Positions 17,675 through 28,436 of a stretch of 28,567 nt of DNA are shown one piece after another; the stretch's first letter is position 1, and every line of letters begins with the position of its first letter. The DNA is from Coleofasciculus chthonoplastes F2-STO-03 (GTDB taxonomy: Bacteria > Cyanobacteriota > Cyanobacteriia > Cyanobacteriales > Coleofasciculaceae). Below the pieces are notes generated by a model. The model was given only the letters and a program-made list of their open reading frames with translations. It was not told the origin of the DNA and searched no databases. The stretch covers positions 1 through 28,567 of the forward strand of contig JAVJWO010000207.1 in the NCBI GenBank assembly GCA_040222015.1. Direction: 5' to 3'. The position numbers were made by a program, and so were the translations under genes.

Positions 17675-17836
17675 GTGAACAATGGAACTCTCAGGCAACA
17701 AGTTCCACCAGTATCCAACTTAGAGGCAATTCGCGATCGCATTCTCGGCAACTTGAATCTCGGTAGAAATGCACTCGCCTACAAAGCCGCCCAGAAAGTA
17801 CTCAATGAGTTTATTGGCGAATTGTACAGAAAATAA
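17675..17836 (+). CDS. Small hypothetical protein (53 aa), or -1 frame extension of the RHH gene
   Basis: GTG-start ORF MNNGTLRQQVPPVSNLEAIRDRILGNLNLGRNALAYKAAQKVLNEFIGELYRK; amphipathic and containing a HIP1 site. The frame is open from 17594. Below the track's size cutoff. Confidence 0.6.
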   Translation: MNNGTLRQQVPPVSNLEAIRDRILGNLNLGRNALAYKAAQKVLNEFIGELYRK

Positions 17837-18400
17837 GTGATCACCAAAAGCGGCAACTGGTATAGTTCCTTTGTTCATGGTTCATCAACCTTGAACAATC
17901 AACGATGAACCATTTGGCTTTCTTGGTGCTTCGCGAGTCTCATTGCTCTTGCCTCTGGTAAAATCCCACGTTTTTTAGCGTGGGATACATTTTCTTTATC
18001 CCTTTTTTTATATATCATTAGACTATACATTATGCTATATTTTAAGCCAAAGCCTGATAATCAAAAATACTTAATATCTAGGGAGAAAGATTAATACTCT
18101 CAGAGAAATTACGCAAATATTTGATAAAAAACCTCCCTACACCTAAGCCATTTAGCTTAAGTAAATCTCCCTATTTTCTGGGTGTCGGGGCGCTGAAACG
18201 CTTATGGTAAAAGATTAACCGCTTGTCTTCCTGCTAGACAACTACAGGCAGCAAACTTACGCCATTATGCTGAGGTGATTGGGGCAAGATTAGCCAAAAA
18301 TAGGAGAAGGTGATGATTTAAACAAGAAAACATGAACAAAGCTTTACAAAAAATTGATAATCACTTTACCGAATGGCTAGTGAAATCATATATTATAAAG

Positions 18401-18494
18401 ATAGAGTCAGTTCAAATCGGTTGTGAAATGGCAATCCTTTCTGGATAAGCTTTTCAGTCTAATTTACTTTCACAAATGATTGAGACTGGTGATA
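18401..18494. repeat. Degenerate long inverted repeat (MITE-like cyanobacterial repeat)
   Basis: CAGTTCAAATCGGTTGTGAAA ... TTTCACAAATGATTGAGACTG imperfect arms. Confidence 0.5.
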
Positions 18495-18770
18495 GTGAGT
18501 GTAAGCAACTCCCTCTAAACGTCTACGTAGAATTACGCAGGGTATAAGGTAACCCGAACTGTCCTAAAGCAGTGCATCTTCACAACACCTAAACAAAGGG
18601 CTGACTCACGTCTGTCGGCAACAGCAAAGACTTATTTAATCCGGGTGATTTACCAAATTCTCTAATACTAATGGCAAAAGCTTGATGCAAATGCCAACGG
18701 GAGCATGTCAGAGCAAACCCAAAATATTCTAGCTAACGATGCCGTATTCCCAGAAGTTTAAGCCAAAATT

Positions 18771-20183
18771 ATGACAAATCAATTCGAGCGAGCAATTGGA
18801 TACTCACACAACTGGACTGAATTTATTAGCACTAGCACTTTCCCCTTCACCCCTTGTCCAATTATCAATCCTGAAAATCTGGCGACCCAACTTTTCTCCT
18901 GCGCCAGTGAGAAATTTACAGGTTGCTTAGATATTGAAGCCCCTCAACAGCAACACTGGAGTTTATATTTTTGTCAAGGTTTAATCTGTGGTGGAAGTGG
19001 GATACATCCACGTCGGAGTTGGTTGCGCCAGCTTTATCGCTACTGTCCCCAATTGGTTAAGGATACGACTGTCAATCCTTCCCAACAGTTCCCTAGCTAC
19101 AACTACGATACCTTAACGGAATTAGTAACCCAGGGAAAAATTCGGTCAGAGCAAATGACAGAAGTTGTCGAAAGCTATATTACAGAAATTTTTTTTGATC
19201 TGATTCAACACCTGGAACAGATATCTCCTTCCTCCAACTGGCAACTCAGTTATAGTCAAATCCCTCAAGCTCAGATGGAGTCTACCTTAGTCACCATAGA
19301 TGTTGATGAAATGTGGCGGCAAGCGGTAAAACTTTGGCGAAGTTGGCAAAGCGCCGATTTAACAGACATTTCTCCTAATTTAGCGCCTAAGGCATTAAAC
19401 CCGAAGCAATTGCAACAACAGTTTTCCCAGATGCTCTACAATAACCTCAGTGGTTTGGGAGGTATGAATCAGATGTTTAAAGCGTTGCCAGAGGAAACCT
19501 CTGACGTTACATCTGATAACCTGATTGCTTCGATGGATGGCAATCAAACATTACGGGATTTAGCCGTTCATTTGAATCGGAATCTTGTACTCCTAACTCA
19601 GCCCATCATGCCCTATATTCGTCAAGGGTTAGTTGAATTGATTGAGGTTGAGGATGTGAGTTTCAGTGCTGCATCACTGACAAAGCCAGACTCTTCATCT
19701 CCTGAAACCCCAGCCACTCCAAGAGAATCGAAATCGGCGAATCCCTTAATTGCCTGTATTGAGGATAGCTCAGTTGATCTGCTACTGATGAATCATATTC
19801 TCACTCAAGCAGGCTATCAATTTATCAATATTGAGGATCAGGAAAAAGCATTATCGATATTGATAGAACAAAAACCCGACCTGATTTTATTAGATTTAAT
19901 TATGCCCATTGCTAATGGGTATGAAATCTGCTCCCAAATTCGTCGGGTTTCCTTTTTCAAATCCACCCCAGTGATTATTGTGACGGGTAAGGATGGGATT
20001 ATTGACCGGACAAGGGCAAAAATGGTCGGTGCGTCAGATTTTATCACCAAACCCATTAATAAAGATAAAATGCTCCAAGCGTTACACACTTATCTCCCCA
20101 AGCCCCCGGTTAACCAATTTCAGGATACATCAATGTTTGGAGATTGGTACGCTCAACCGCCGATGCAATACTCTCCAATGTAA
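18771..20183 (+). CDS. PatA-family response regulator (PATAN-like N-terminus + REC), paralog 1
   Basis: FTGCLDI...WSLYFCQG...HPRRSW, SPNLAP, DGNQTLRDLA; REC domain IACIEDS, LLDLIMPIANGYEIC, KP. Confidence 0.9.
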   Translation: MTNQFERAIGYSHNWTEFISTSTFPFTPCPIINPENLATQLFSCASEKFTGCLDIEAPQQQHWSLYFCQGLICGGSGIHPRRSWLRQLYRYCPQLVKDTTVNPSQQFPSYNYDTLTELVTQGKIRSEQMTEVVESYITEIFFDLIQHLEQISPSSNWQLSYSQIPQAQMESTLVTIDVDEMWRQAVKLWRSWQSADLTDISPNLAPKALNPKQLQQQFSQMLYNNLSGLGGMNQMFKALPEETSDVTSDNLIASMDGNQTLRDLAVHLNRNLVLLTQPIMPYIRQGLVELIEVEDVSFSAASLTKPDSSSPETPATPRESKSANPLIACIEDSSVDLLLMNHILTQAGYQFINIEDQEKALSILIEQKPDLILLDLIMPIANGYEICSQIRRVSFFKSTPVIIVTGKDGIIDRTRAKMVGASDFITKPINKDKMLQALHTYLPKPPVNQFQDTSMFGDWYAQPPMQYSPM

Positions 20184-20234
20184 ATGCCAACTTACAGCAG
20201 ATTTCAGGTTGATGAGGTACAGTCTCTAAGCAAA

Positions 20235-20262
20235 ATCCCGGACTTCTCCAAGAAGTCGGGGA
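20235..20262. repeat. Palindromic dispersed repeat/hairpin downstream of PatA paralog 1
   Basis: ATCCCGGACTTCT-CCA-AGAAGTCGGGAT. Confidence 0.65.
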
Positions 20263-20973
20263 TCTGTCTGTGTTATGTCAAGCCCTTCTGTTCCCCAATC
20301 TTAACCGCCAACTTCAATGTTGTCTGTTAAAGCCCCATGATTAATATTAACGGTGAATACCGTCATACAGCAGTTTTAGTCTCGATGTAATACAGCTAAA
20401 AAAGAGTAGAAAAGGGCTTTTTTATGGCGGCTGTACTACACCGTGTTATATCAAGCCCTGTTGAATACTCACACTTTGGTAAAGACAAAGCAGATGGCAG
20501 ATGGTAGATGGCAGAAGTGTATTACTGGTACGGAATCATTTCAGCCGTTACATCTGTCCTAAGCTGAATGGAATTGACTGGCATGCTGGTGGGCAATGCC
20601 CACCCTACGGTAGATAAAGGGTTTCGGCGGTCACCAAATGCTTATTGAGCGTGCCATTCGTCCTAAGCTTTATGACAACAGCTATCCACTAAAAAATAGT
20701 TGTATTCTTCTCTATTTTTCATTTATTGAATAAAAAAAATGCAATTTACATTTAAGGTTTTATGGCTTAATATTGACATATTTGCTGTTTGATGAGCTAC
20801 AATTAAACCAGTCATAGCCGTAGTTTTTCAGGGAATATTATGTCAATAAAAAATAGTTAAAATTATAGCCACCTAAAAAAACATTTTTTTAATTTTAATG
20901 GCGAAAAACAGTCGTATTTATATCGATATAACTGATAATATTATCCGATTTAGCGAGACAAATAAAAACAAAA

Positions 20974-22254
20974 ATGCTGGCTCCTTTATCTGTTCGATCA
21001 ACTCATTGGACTATAAGCAAACATGATGTCGTTTTTACCACAGAAGAACTGCTAAAACGCATTCAAAATTGTGCTAGTCAACAATTTACAGGTCAGTTAG
21101 ATTTCAACATAACCACTCCTCAACAACAGCAGTGGAAGCTATTCTTTAGCGTCGGCAGTTTGATTGGTTGTAGCAGTAAGGTACATCCCGTGCGTCGTTG
21201 GTTTCGTCAGCTATCATTGCACTGTCCTTCGATGGCTGTTAATGCTGTGACGCAAGAAGGAGAGCCGATTCAATATCAAGATTATGAGTCATTAGCTACA
21301 CAAGCGAAACAAGGACAAATCCCCTTGGGACAAATGGCAAAACTTGTTGAAGGTCATACCAGCGAGGTTCTTTTTGATATTATCCAAGCAGGGGAAAAAC
21401 AAAACTATCATTCTGGAATGTATCTAAGCTACCGAGTCATTCCTCAAGATTCCATCGATTTAGGGTGGGTTGTGGTACGGGCGGAGCGCGTTTGGCAGCA
21501 AGTTTTTCAGGATTGGCAAGCTTGGCAACAAGCGGGTTTAGCTGACATTTCACCGAATCTCGCCCCCAAAATTTTGCAGGCAGATCAGTTGCGCCAGCAA
21601 ACATCACCCTCTGCTTATCGTAATCTAACAGCTTTTGCGGACGGGACACAAACGCTTAGGGATTTAGCGGTTAAGTTAAAACAAAGTCCTCTGCCCCTAA
21701 CTCACTCGATTGCCCCTTATATTCAGAAAAAATTAATTGGATTAATTGAAATTGAGGACTTGAAGCGTTCTATTTTACCTCGTAAACTTGTTGAGGATAA
21801 ATCTTATGAAAATGGCAAACTTACATCACGAAAGCCTTCTCGCCCCTCATCCTCCTCTAAATCAGCAAATTCGGTAATTGCTTACATTGATGATAGTCGG
21901 CTTGACACTCAAATGATGGGTTATATTTTAGAGGAAGCGGGTTATAAGTTTGTCTCAATCCAGGATTCAGTGCAAGCCCTAGTTAAGCTTCTAGAAAATA
22001 AGCCGGATCTGATATTCCTGGATTTGGTGATGCCTGTCGCTAATGGTTATGAAATTTGTTCTCAAATTCGCCGTGTTTCGGTTTTTCAGGATATCCCCGT
22101 GATTATTCTGACCGGAAATGATGGCATTGTAGACCGGGTGCGTGCCAAAATGGTCGGGGCTTCTGGTTTTTTGCCGAAGCCGATTACTCAACAAAAAGTG
22201 TTGAGTACTTTGCAGAAATATTTACCGACCAAATCTGTGCCGATGAGTAATTAA
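20974..22254 (+). CDS. PatA-family response regulator, paralog 2 (PixG/PtxA-like first gene of a taxis operon)
   Basis: FTGQLDF...WKLFFSVG...HPVRRW, SPNLAP, DGTQTLRDLA; REC domain IAYIDDS, FLDLVMPVANGYEIC, KP. Confidence 0.9.
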   Translation: MLAPLSVRSTHWTISKHDVVFTTEELLKRIQNCASQQFTGQLDFNITTPQQQQWKLFFSVGSLIGCSSKVHPVRRWFRQLSLHCPSMAVNAVTQEGEPIQYQDYESLATQAKQGQIPLGQMAKLVEGHTSEVLFDIIQAGEKQNYHSGMYLSYRVIPQDSIDLGWVVVRAERVWQQVFQDWQAWQQAGLADISPNLAPKILQADQLRQQTSPSAYRNLTAFADGTQTLRDLAVKLKQSPLPLTHSIAPYIQKKLIGLIEIEDLKRSILPRKLVEDKSYENGKLTSRKPSRPSSSSKSANSVIAYIDDSRLDTQMMGYILEEAGYKFVSIQDSVQALVKLLENKPDLIFLDLVMPVANGYEICSQIRRVSVFQDIPVIILTGNDGIVDRVRAKMVGASGFLPKPITQQKVLSTLQKYLPTKSVPMSN

Positions 22255-22322
22255 ATAGTGTTCAGTATTTATGACTGAACCCAAAACTGCAAAGGTTGTG
22301 TATCGCAAACATTGGATTAACT

Positions 22323-22688
22323 ATGACAACTGTTCTTTTAGTGGAAGATAGTGTAACAGAAACCCAGGTACTGACTCGTTATTTAAGACAAGCGGGATTT
22401 AACGTGGTAAGTGTAACAAGTGGAGAGGAAGCGCATATAAAACTTCAAGGTCAAAAGCCTGATTTAGTGATTCTTGATGTTATTTTACCCGGTCAAAGTG
22501 GTTTTGAACTTTGCCGCGAGATTAAAACTAACATTGACACGAAGAAGATTCCTGTGGTGATTTGTTCAACCAAAGGCACGGATGCTGATAAGTTATGGGG
22601 TTCGATGCTGGGAGCAGACGCCTATATTTCTAAGCCCGTAGACCAACAGGAATTAATGAAAATTATTAATAAGTTTACGTTGGTTTAG
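22323..22688 (+). CDS. CheY-like single-domain response regulator (PixH/PilH type)
   Basis: VLLVEDS, ILDVILPGQSGFELCR, ICSTK, W..MLGADAYISKP. Start placed at ATG 22323. Confidence 0.93.
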   Translation: MTTVLLVEDSVTETQVLTRYLRQAGFNVVSVTSGEEAHIKLQGQKPDLVILDVILPGQSGFELCREIKTNIDTKKIPVVICSTKGTDADKLWGSMLGADAYISKPVDQQELMKIINKFTLV

Positions 22689-22732
22689 ATTAGTAATGGT
22701 TCATTGTACCCCTGTTCCCTGTTCCCTAAAAA

Positions 22733-23272
22733 ATGACAAATTCACTTGACTCAATCTTATTAACAACAAGTCTTGAGCCACTCACTCTTAAACCGTTATC
22801 CCCGGAGACACAGCGACGGTTACTTCGCTTTCCTCTGAGTTACCAAGAAGATAGTGCATTATTGCCCTTAGAACAAATTGGGGAAGTGCTACGAGTCAAT
22901 GTAGCCAACATTCTACCTGTTCCGGAAATGCCCAGTTGTGTTTTAGGAATCTGTAACTGGCGTGGCGATATGCTTTGGCTGGTTGATCTGAGTCAGTTGC
23001 TGGGCTATTTATCGTTAGATCAACAAGGGCAGTTTGCTGATGTTTTGGTGGTTTTAGTGGTTCAGGTGAATGACCAATCAATAGGACTTGTTGTTTCCCA
23101 GGTTAATGACATTGAATACCATAACTTGCAACATTTGCAACCTGCTGTACCGGGTGTATTTCCACCTAAACTTTTGCCGTTTATTCTGGGTTCCTTGCCT
23201 GACAATAAGGGCATTGTCCTGAATATTCACGCCATTAGCCACTATCCTCTTTGGCAAATACACCGTGGGTGA
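22733..23272 (+). CDS. cheW: CheW-like adaptor protein
   Basis: ILPVPEMPSCVLGICNWRGDMLWLVDL, IGLVVSQV; located between CheY and the MCP. Confidence 0.92.
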   Translation: MTNSLDSILLTTSLEPLTLKPLSPETQRRLLRFPLSYQEDSALLPLEQIGEVLRVNVANILPVPEMPSCVLGICNWRGDMLWLVDLSQLLGYLSLDQQGQFADVLVVLVVQVNDQSIGLVVSQVNDIEYHNLQHLQPAVPGVFPPKLLPFILGSLPDNKGIVLNIHAISHYPLWQIHRG

Positions 23273-23303
23273 AATGCTGGATGGCTAATTGAAAACTTAG
23301 CCC

Positions 23304-23364
23304 GGGCGGGTTTAGTTACATTAGGGGTTTTCTCCTGAGCGTTATTGGTAAAACCCGCCCCTAC
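23304..23364 (-). repeat. Long-loop GTAG-family REP inside the taxis operon
   Basis: GGGCGGGTTT...AAACCCGCCCCTAC. Confidence 0.78.
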
Positions 23365-23456
23365 ACAATCACACGCTATGCCCTCTTTCCGAAGTGGAGG
23401 GTCAACATTTTTCCGATCGCAGATCGCGGACATATTAGGACTAGACACATCGAATT

Positions 23457-26400
23457 ATGCAAGAACTCGAACAATCCAAGCAAGTACTCAACCCAGACTT
23501 ACAAAGCGATTCCGCTCATACAATCAGTAATGGCGATCGCGTGATGGATCAGTCTCAGTCGGAGATGGGTGTCAATATCGAAACCTATTTTCAGGAACAA
23601 CGCCAGTGGCTGTTAGCGGTTGCTCAACGGATGCGTCGGGCGTCTACGATTGAAACCGTTGATACGCTGCTAGAAACCACTGTGGCAGAGGTGCGGGATC
23701 ATTTCCAGGTTGATCGGGTTCTGATTTATCAATTTCAGACGGAAACCGAGGGTGTGGTTCGCGCTGAATCTATGGTTGCGGGGTATACTCCCTGTTTGGG
23801 TGAATCCTTACCCGCGTTAACCTTTGGCGCCAATAGTCAAATCGAGTATCATCAGCAACAGGTTGTCACCCTGAGTCATCTGTATCAAGGCGTTACCAGT
23901 CCCTATCAACTGCAACTGCTGAAACGGTTTCAAATTAAAGCCTGTTTAAGTTTGCCTATTGTGTTTAGTAAACAAGTGTGGGGGTTACTGATTGTCCAGC
24001 AATGTTCCGGAACCCGCACCTTCCAAGACTCCGAAATCAACCTGCTGTATCAAGTGACAACGGAACTGGCTTTGAACCTGCAACCGGGGGAACTGTTTAG
24101 CCAACTCCGTACCCAAAACAAAAATACCAAAGTTGTCGGTCAAGTCGCGGCAAAAATCCTGAAGAACATATTGCGATCGCTCAATGTTCCCCAAGTCTTT
24201 AGCAGCGCCACCCGGGAAATCCGTCAGCAATTGCAGTGCGATCGCGTGGCGGTGTATCGGTTTAATCAAGATTGGAGTGGCGAATTCATCGCTGAATCCG
24301 TTGCACCAGGCTGGGTTCCCTTAGTTGGTTCTGACATCAAAACAGTTTGGGCAGATACTCATCTCCAAGAAACTCGGGGTGGGCGTTATCGTAACGAAGA
24401 AACCAATGGGGTGAATGACATTTACGCCGCTGGGTTAGCCGATTGTCACATCGAACTGTTGGAACAATTTGAGGCAAAAGCTTATGCGATCGCGCCGATT
24501 TTTGAGGGAGACAAACTGTGGGGATTACTCGCCGCCTTCCAAAACTCAAGTCCGCGTCAATGGGACACATCAGAACTTAACATACTGGCATTAGTTGGGC
24601 GTCAGTTTGGTGTCGCACTCCAGCAAGCCGAATATTTAGACAGTTTACAAGCGCGAACCGGACAATTAGCAAAAGCAGCAGAACGGGAACGCACCATCGC
24701 CCGGGTGATTGACAAAATTCGTCAAACTACAGACTTAGAGACGATTTTCCAAACCACTACCAAAGAAGTGCGTAAACTGCTCAATATTGAGCGCGTCACC
24801 ATTTATAAATTCCGCGACGATTACTTAGGTGATTTTGTCAGTGAATCCCAAACCGGAGGATTTCCCAAACTCGTGGGCAGTGGTTGGGAAGATCCCTATC
24901 TCAACGAACATCGAGGCGGACGGTTCCTCGACAATGAAGCCTTAGTAGTCGATGATATTTACACCGCCAATCTCACCGATTGCCACGTCGAGGCGTTAGA
25001 AAACTATGGCGTCAAATCTTGCGCCGTTGTCTCAATTTTCCAAGGGCAAAAACTGTGGGGATTACTCAGTGCCTTTCAAAACACCAGTACCCGCCATTGG
25101 GAAGAGGGCGAAGTCCAATTACTCAAGCAAGTTGCCAACCAACTCGGTGTCGCTTTACAACAAAGCGAATATGTGCATCAGATTCACCGGCAATCCGAGC
25201 AACAGGCGAAAGAGGCGGAACGAGAGCGGGCGTTAGCCAAAGTCGTAGATAAGATTCGTCAACCAGTCGGGATTGACAAGGTGTTTGAAACCACCACTCA
25301 GGAAGTGCGGCGACTGCTGAATGTGGAACGGGTGACGATTTATAAGTTCCGGGATGACTATTTCGGTGACTTTATTTGTGAATCTGAGTCGGGGGGATTT
25401 CCTAAATTAGTCGGGAGTGGTTGGGAAGATCCCTATCTGAATGAACACCAAGGGGGACGTTTCCGGGATAATGAACCGTTTGTGGTAGACGACGTTCACG
25501 ATGGCACGCTGACAGATTGTCATCTGGAAGCGTTAGACGACTTTGGCGTCAAATCCTGTGCGGTGGTTTCTATCTTCCAAGGGCAAAAACTCTGGGGATT
25601 ACTCAGTGCGTTTCAAAACACAGGTACACGCCACTGGGAAGAGGGTGAAGTCCGCTTGCTTACCCAAGTGGCGGCTCAACTGGGTGTGGCGCTGCAACAG
25701 GCGGAGTATCTAGAAACATTGCAAACTCAATCCGCGCAACTGGTTAAAACCGCTGACTTAGAACGAGTCACGGCGCAAATTATCACCAAAATTAGCCAAT
25801 CTCAAGACTTGGAGCAGATTTTCCTGTCAGCTTGTACGGAAGTGCAAACCTTTTTAGGTGCCGATCGCGTGGGCATCTTTCGCTTTGATTCCGACTCTGG
25901 GTTTAATCGGGGAGAAATGGTGTCTGAGCGGGTTGTCGCTGGTTTACAATCAGCCTTGTCGATGAAAATTGACGATCACTGTTTTGGTGACAAACATGCG
26001 GAAAATTATCGTAAGGGACGGGTTTGGGCAGTTGCGGATATTTATAACGCCAATTTAGCCCCCTGTTATCTTGATACCCTCTCCAAATTCCAAGTGCGCG
26101 GGAATTTGGTCGCCCCTGTCATGCAAGGAATGGAATTGTGGGGATTGCTCTGTATTCACCAGTGCAGTCGTCCCCGGAAGTGGAAAAACCAAGAGGTGGA
26201 ATTTGTCAAGCAGGTGGCGTATCAATTGTCCATCGCCTTGAAACAAGCGGATTACCTGCAGCAGTTAGAAACCCAATCGACTCAGCTAGCCACCATTGCC
26301 CAAACCCAGGAAACGGTATCCAGCGTTCTCACTAAGTTGAGCTATGGCGAGGATGTCCCCTATATCTACAACACGTCTACTCGGGAACTGCGGAAACTGC

Positions 26401-28436
26401 TCAACTGCGATCGCGCGGCGGTGTATCAGTTTGAGCCGGATTGGAGTGGTGTGTTTGTGGCGGAGTCGGTTACGGCGGCTTGGACGCCTTTAGTCGGTCC
26501 AGATATCCGCACGGTTTGGGAAGACAGCTATTTACAGGAAACCCAAGGAGGACGTTATCGGAATCGGGAAAGCTTTGCCGTGGATGATATCTATACCGTG
26601 GGTCATTCTGATTGTCACGTTGAGATCTTAGAGCAATTTGAGGTCAGAGCTTACGCCTTGGCACCAATTTTCGTGGCTGATGAATTATGGGGAATCCTCT
26701 GTGCTTATCAAAATAGTGGACCTCGCCATTGGAGCAGTACAGACATGACCGCACTCACCCAACTGGGGCAAGGGGTAGGAACGGCATTACAACGGCTCTA
26801 CTACTTGGATCAGGCGCGACAGCAGTCAGAGCAATTCGCCAAGTTAGCCCAGCGCGAAAGTAACTTTATCAACCTGCTGTACAAAACTGGACAACGGATT
26901 GCCGAACGCTTGCAGAAAGGAAACTTGAAGCCAGAGATGCTGTTGCAAGCGACTTGTCAGGAACTGCGACTCTTGCTGCATCTGGATCGGGTGGCGGTGT
27001 ATTGCTTTAACTCCGATTGGAGTGGGCAAATTGTGATTGAAGATGTAGATGGTTCCTCGATTAAGGTTGTCGGTACAGAACTGGCAAATATTAATGATCC
27101 GGTGTTACAGGAAACCCGGGGCGGTTCCTATCGCAAAAATCAACCCAGTGCAGTGAATGACATTAACCAAACCACGGAGTTGACGTTTAACCGTCAAATG
27201 TTACAGCAGTGGGGGACAAAGGCTTATATCATGACGCCTCTATTCCAAGGGGAACAACTCTGGGGATTGCTGGGAGTGTATCAAAACAGTGAACCCCGTA
27301 CCTGGGAAGAGGGTGAGATTAAGCTTTTAGCTCAAATGGCAACTCAGTTAGGGATTGCGATTCAGCAAGCGTACTCCTTGGAACAAGTCCAGAAACAGTC
27401 CCAACAGCTTATGGAAGCGGCGCAACGGGAGAAAGCGGCGAAGGAAGAATTACAACAGGGTGTAATTCAATTGTTAATGGCGGTACGTCCGGCGTTACAA
27501 GGGGATCTGACGGTGCGAGCGCCGATTACTGAAGATGAAGTGGGAACGGTGGCGGATGCCTATAATAATACCCTGCAAAGTCTGCGGGCGATTGTGAAAC
27601 AGGTGCAGGACTCCTCGCGCCAAGTGGCACAAACCTCCCAAGCCAGCGAAGCCGCGATCGCGGGATTGGCGCAACAAGCCCAACGCCAGTTCCAAGCGCT
27701 GGAACAAACTCTGGAACAGATTCAGATGATGGTGAATACCACTGAAGCCGTGGGTGTTAGCGCTCAACAGGTGGAAGACGCGGTGCAACGCGCTAACCAA
27801 ACGGTTCAGGCGGGGGATGAGGCGATGAACCGCACGGTGGATGGGATTATGGATATCCGGGAAACTGTGGCGGAAACCAGTAAGCGGCTGAAGCGTTTGA
27901 GTGAATCGACGCAAAAGGTATCGCGAGTGGTGAATTTGATTAGTAATTTTACGACTCAAACTCAACTGCTGGCGTTGAATGCGTCAATTGAAGCCACCCG
28001 CGCGGGGGAATATGGACGGGGTTTTGTAGTGGTTGCGGATGAGGTTCGTTCTCTGGCGCGTCAATCGGCGGAAGCGACGACGGAGATTGCCCAATTGGTG
28101 CAGGAAATTCAGATGGGTACGGCTGAGGTGTCATCGGTAATGGATAAGGGGATTCAGCAGGTTGCATCGGGTACGAACCAAGTGAACGAAGCGCGGGAGT
28201 ATTTGTATGCGATCGTGGAAGCTACGAGTCAGATTAGTCAGGTGGTAGCGGGAATTACTCAAGCGACTCAAGTTCAGAGTCAAGAGTTGCAGTCTGTTAC
28301 CCGAACGATGACTCAGGTGGCGACGATTGCTAATCAAACGGCGGAAAATTCGATGGAGATGTCTTCATCGTTCCAAGGTTTGTTGACGATGGCGCAAAAT
28401 CTGCAAATGAGTGCGGATCAGTTCAAGGTTGAATAG
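23457..28436 (+). CDS. Soluble methyl-accepting chemotaxis protein with 7 GAF domains, 5 of them with a bilin-binding Cys (PtxD/PixJ-like cyanobacteriochrome phototaxis receptor)
   Basis: Seven (D/E)RV/A...WGLL/WGIL GAF units; [26 protein letters not shown]; signalling hairpin [34 protein letters not shown]; no transmembrane segment evident. Confidence 0.94.
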   Translation: MQELEQSKQVLNPDLQSDSAHTISNGDRVMDQSQSEMGVNIETYFQEQRQWLLAVAQRMRRASTIETVDTLLETTVAEVRDHFQVDRVLIYQFQTETEGVVRAESMVAGYTPCLGESLPALTFGANSQIEYHQQQVVTLSHLYQGVTSPYQLQLLKRFQIKACLSLPIVFSKQVWGLLIVQQCSGTRTFQDSEINLLYQVTTELALNLQPGELFSQLRTQNKNTKVVGQVAAKILKNILRSLNVPQVFSSATREIRQQLQCDRVAVYRFNQDWSGEFIAESVAPGWVPLVGSDIKTVWADTHLQETRGGRYRNEETNGVNDIYAAGLADCHIELLEQFEAKAYAIAPIFEGDKLWGLLAAFQNSSPRQWDTSELNILALVGRQFGVALQQAEYLDSLQARTGQLAKAAERERTIARVIDKIRQTTDLETIFQTTTKEVRKLLNIERVTIYKFRDDYLGDFVSESQTGGFPKLVGSGWEDPYLNEHRGGRFLDNEALVVDDIYTANLTDCHVEALENYGVKSCAVVSIFQGQKLWGLLSAFQNTSTRHWEEGEVQLLKQVANQLGVALQQSEYVHQIHRQSEQQAKEAERERALAKVVDKIRQPVGIDKVFETTTQEVRRLLNVERVTIYKFRDDYFGDFICESESGGFPKLVGSGWEDPYLNEHQGGRFRDNEPFVVDDVHDGTLTDCHLEALDDFGVKSCAVVSIFQGQKLWGLLSAFQNTGTRHWEEGEVRLLTQVAAQLGVALQQAEYLETLQTQSAQLVKTADLERVTAQIITKISQSQDLEQIFLSACTEVQTFLGADRVGIFRFDSDSGFNRGEMVSERVVAGLQSALSMKIDDHCFGDKHAENYRKGRVWAVADIYNANLAPCYLDTLSKFQVRGNLVAPVMQGMELWGLLCIHQCSRPRKWKNQEVEFVKQVAYQLSIALKQADYLQQLETQSTQLATIAQTQETVSSVLTKLSYGEDVPYIYNTSTRELRKLLNCDRAAVYQFEPDWSGVFVAESVTAAWTPLVGPDIRTVWEDSYLQETQGGRYRNRESFAVDDIYTVGHSDCHVEILEQFEVRAYALAPIFVADELWGILCAYQNSGPRHWSSTDMTALTQLGQGVGTALQRLYYLDQARQQSEQFAKLAQRESNFINLLYKTGQRIAERLQKGNLKPEMLLQATCQELRLLLHLDRVAVYCFNSDWSGQIVIEDVDGSSIKVVGTELANINDPVLQETRGGSYRKNQPSAVNDINQTTELTFNRQMLQQWGTKAYIMTPLFQGEQLWGLLGVYQNSEPRTWEEGEIKLLAQMATQLGIAIQQAYSLEQVQKQSQQLMEAAQREKAAKEELQQGVIQLLMAVRPALQGDLTVRAPITEDEVGTVADAYNNTLQSLRAIVKQVQDSSRQVAQTSQASEAAIAGLAQQAQRQFQALEQTLEQIQMMVNTTEAVGVSAQQVEDAVQRANQTVQAGDEAMNRTVDGIMDIRETVAETSKRLKRLSESTQKVSRVVNLISNFTTQTQLLALNASIEATRAGEYGRGFVVVADEVRSLARQSAEATTEIAQLVQEIQMGTAEVSSVMDKGIQQVASGTNQVNEAREYLYAIVEATSQISQVVAGITQATQVQSQELQSVTRTMTQVATIANQTAENSMEMSSSFQGLLTMAQNLQMSADQFKVE

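Noticed and set aside
17990..18770. ncRNA or c-di-GMP riboswitch in the long region upstream of PatA paralog 1
   Set aside because: No convincing consensus was found by eye, only a degenerate inverted repeat. A covariance-model search is needed.
23985..28337. Antisense and alternate-frame ORFs within the MCP gene (e.g. 27495-27965)
   Set aside because: Typical shadow ORFs of a long coding sequence, with no independent coding signal.
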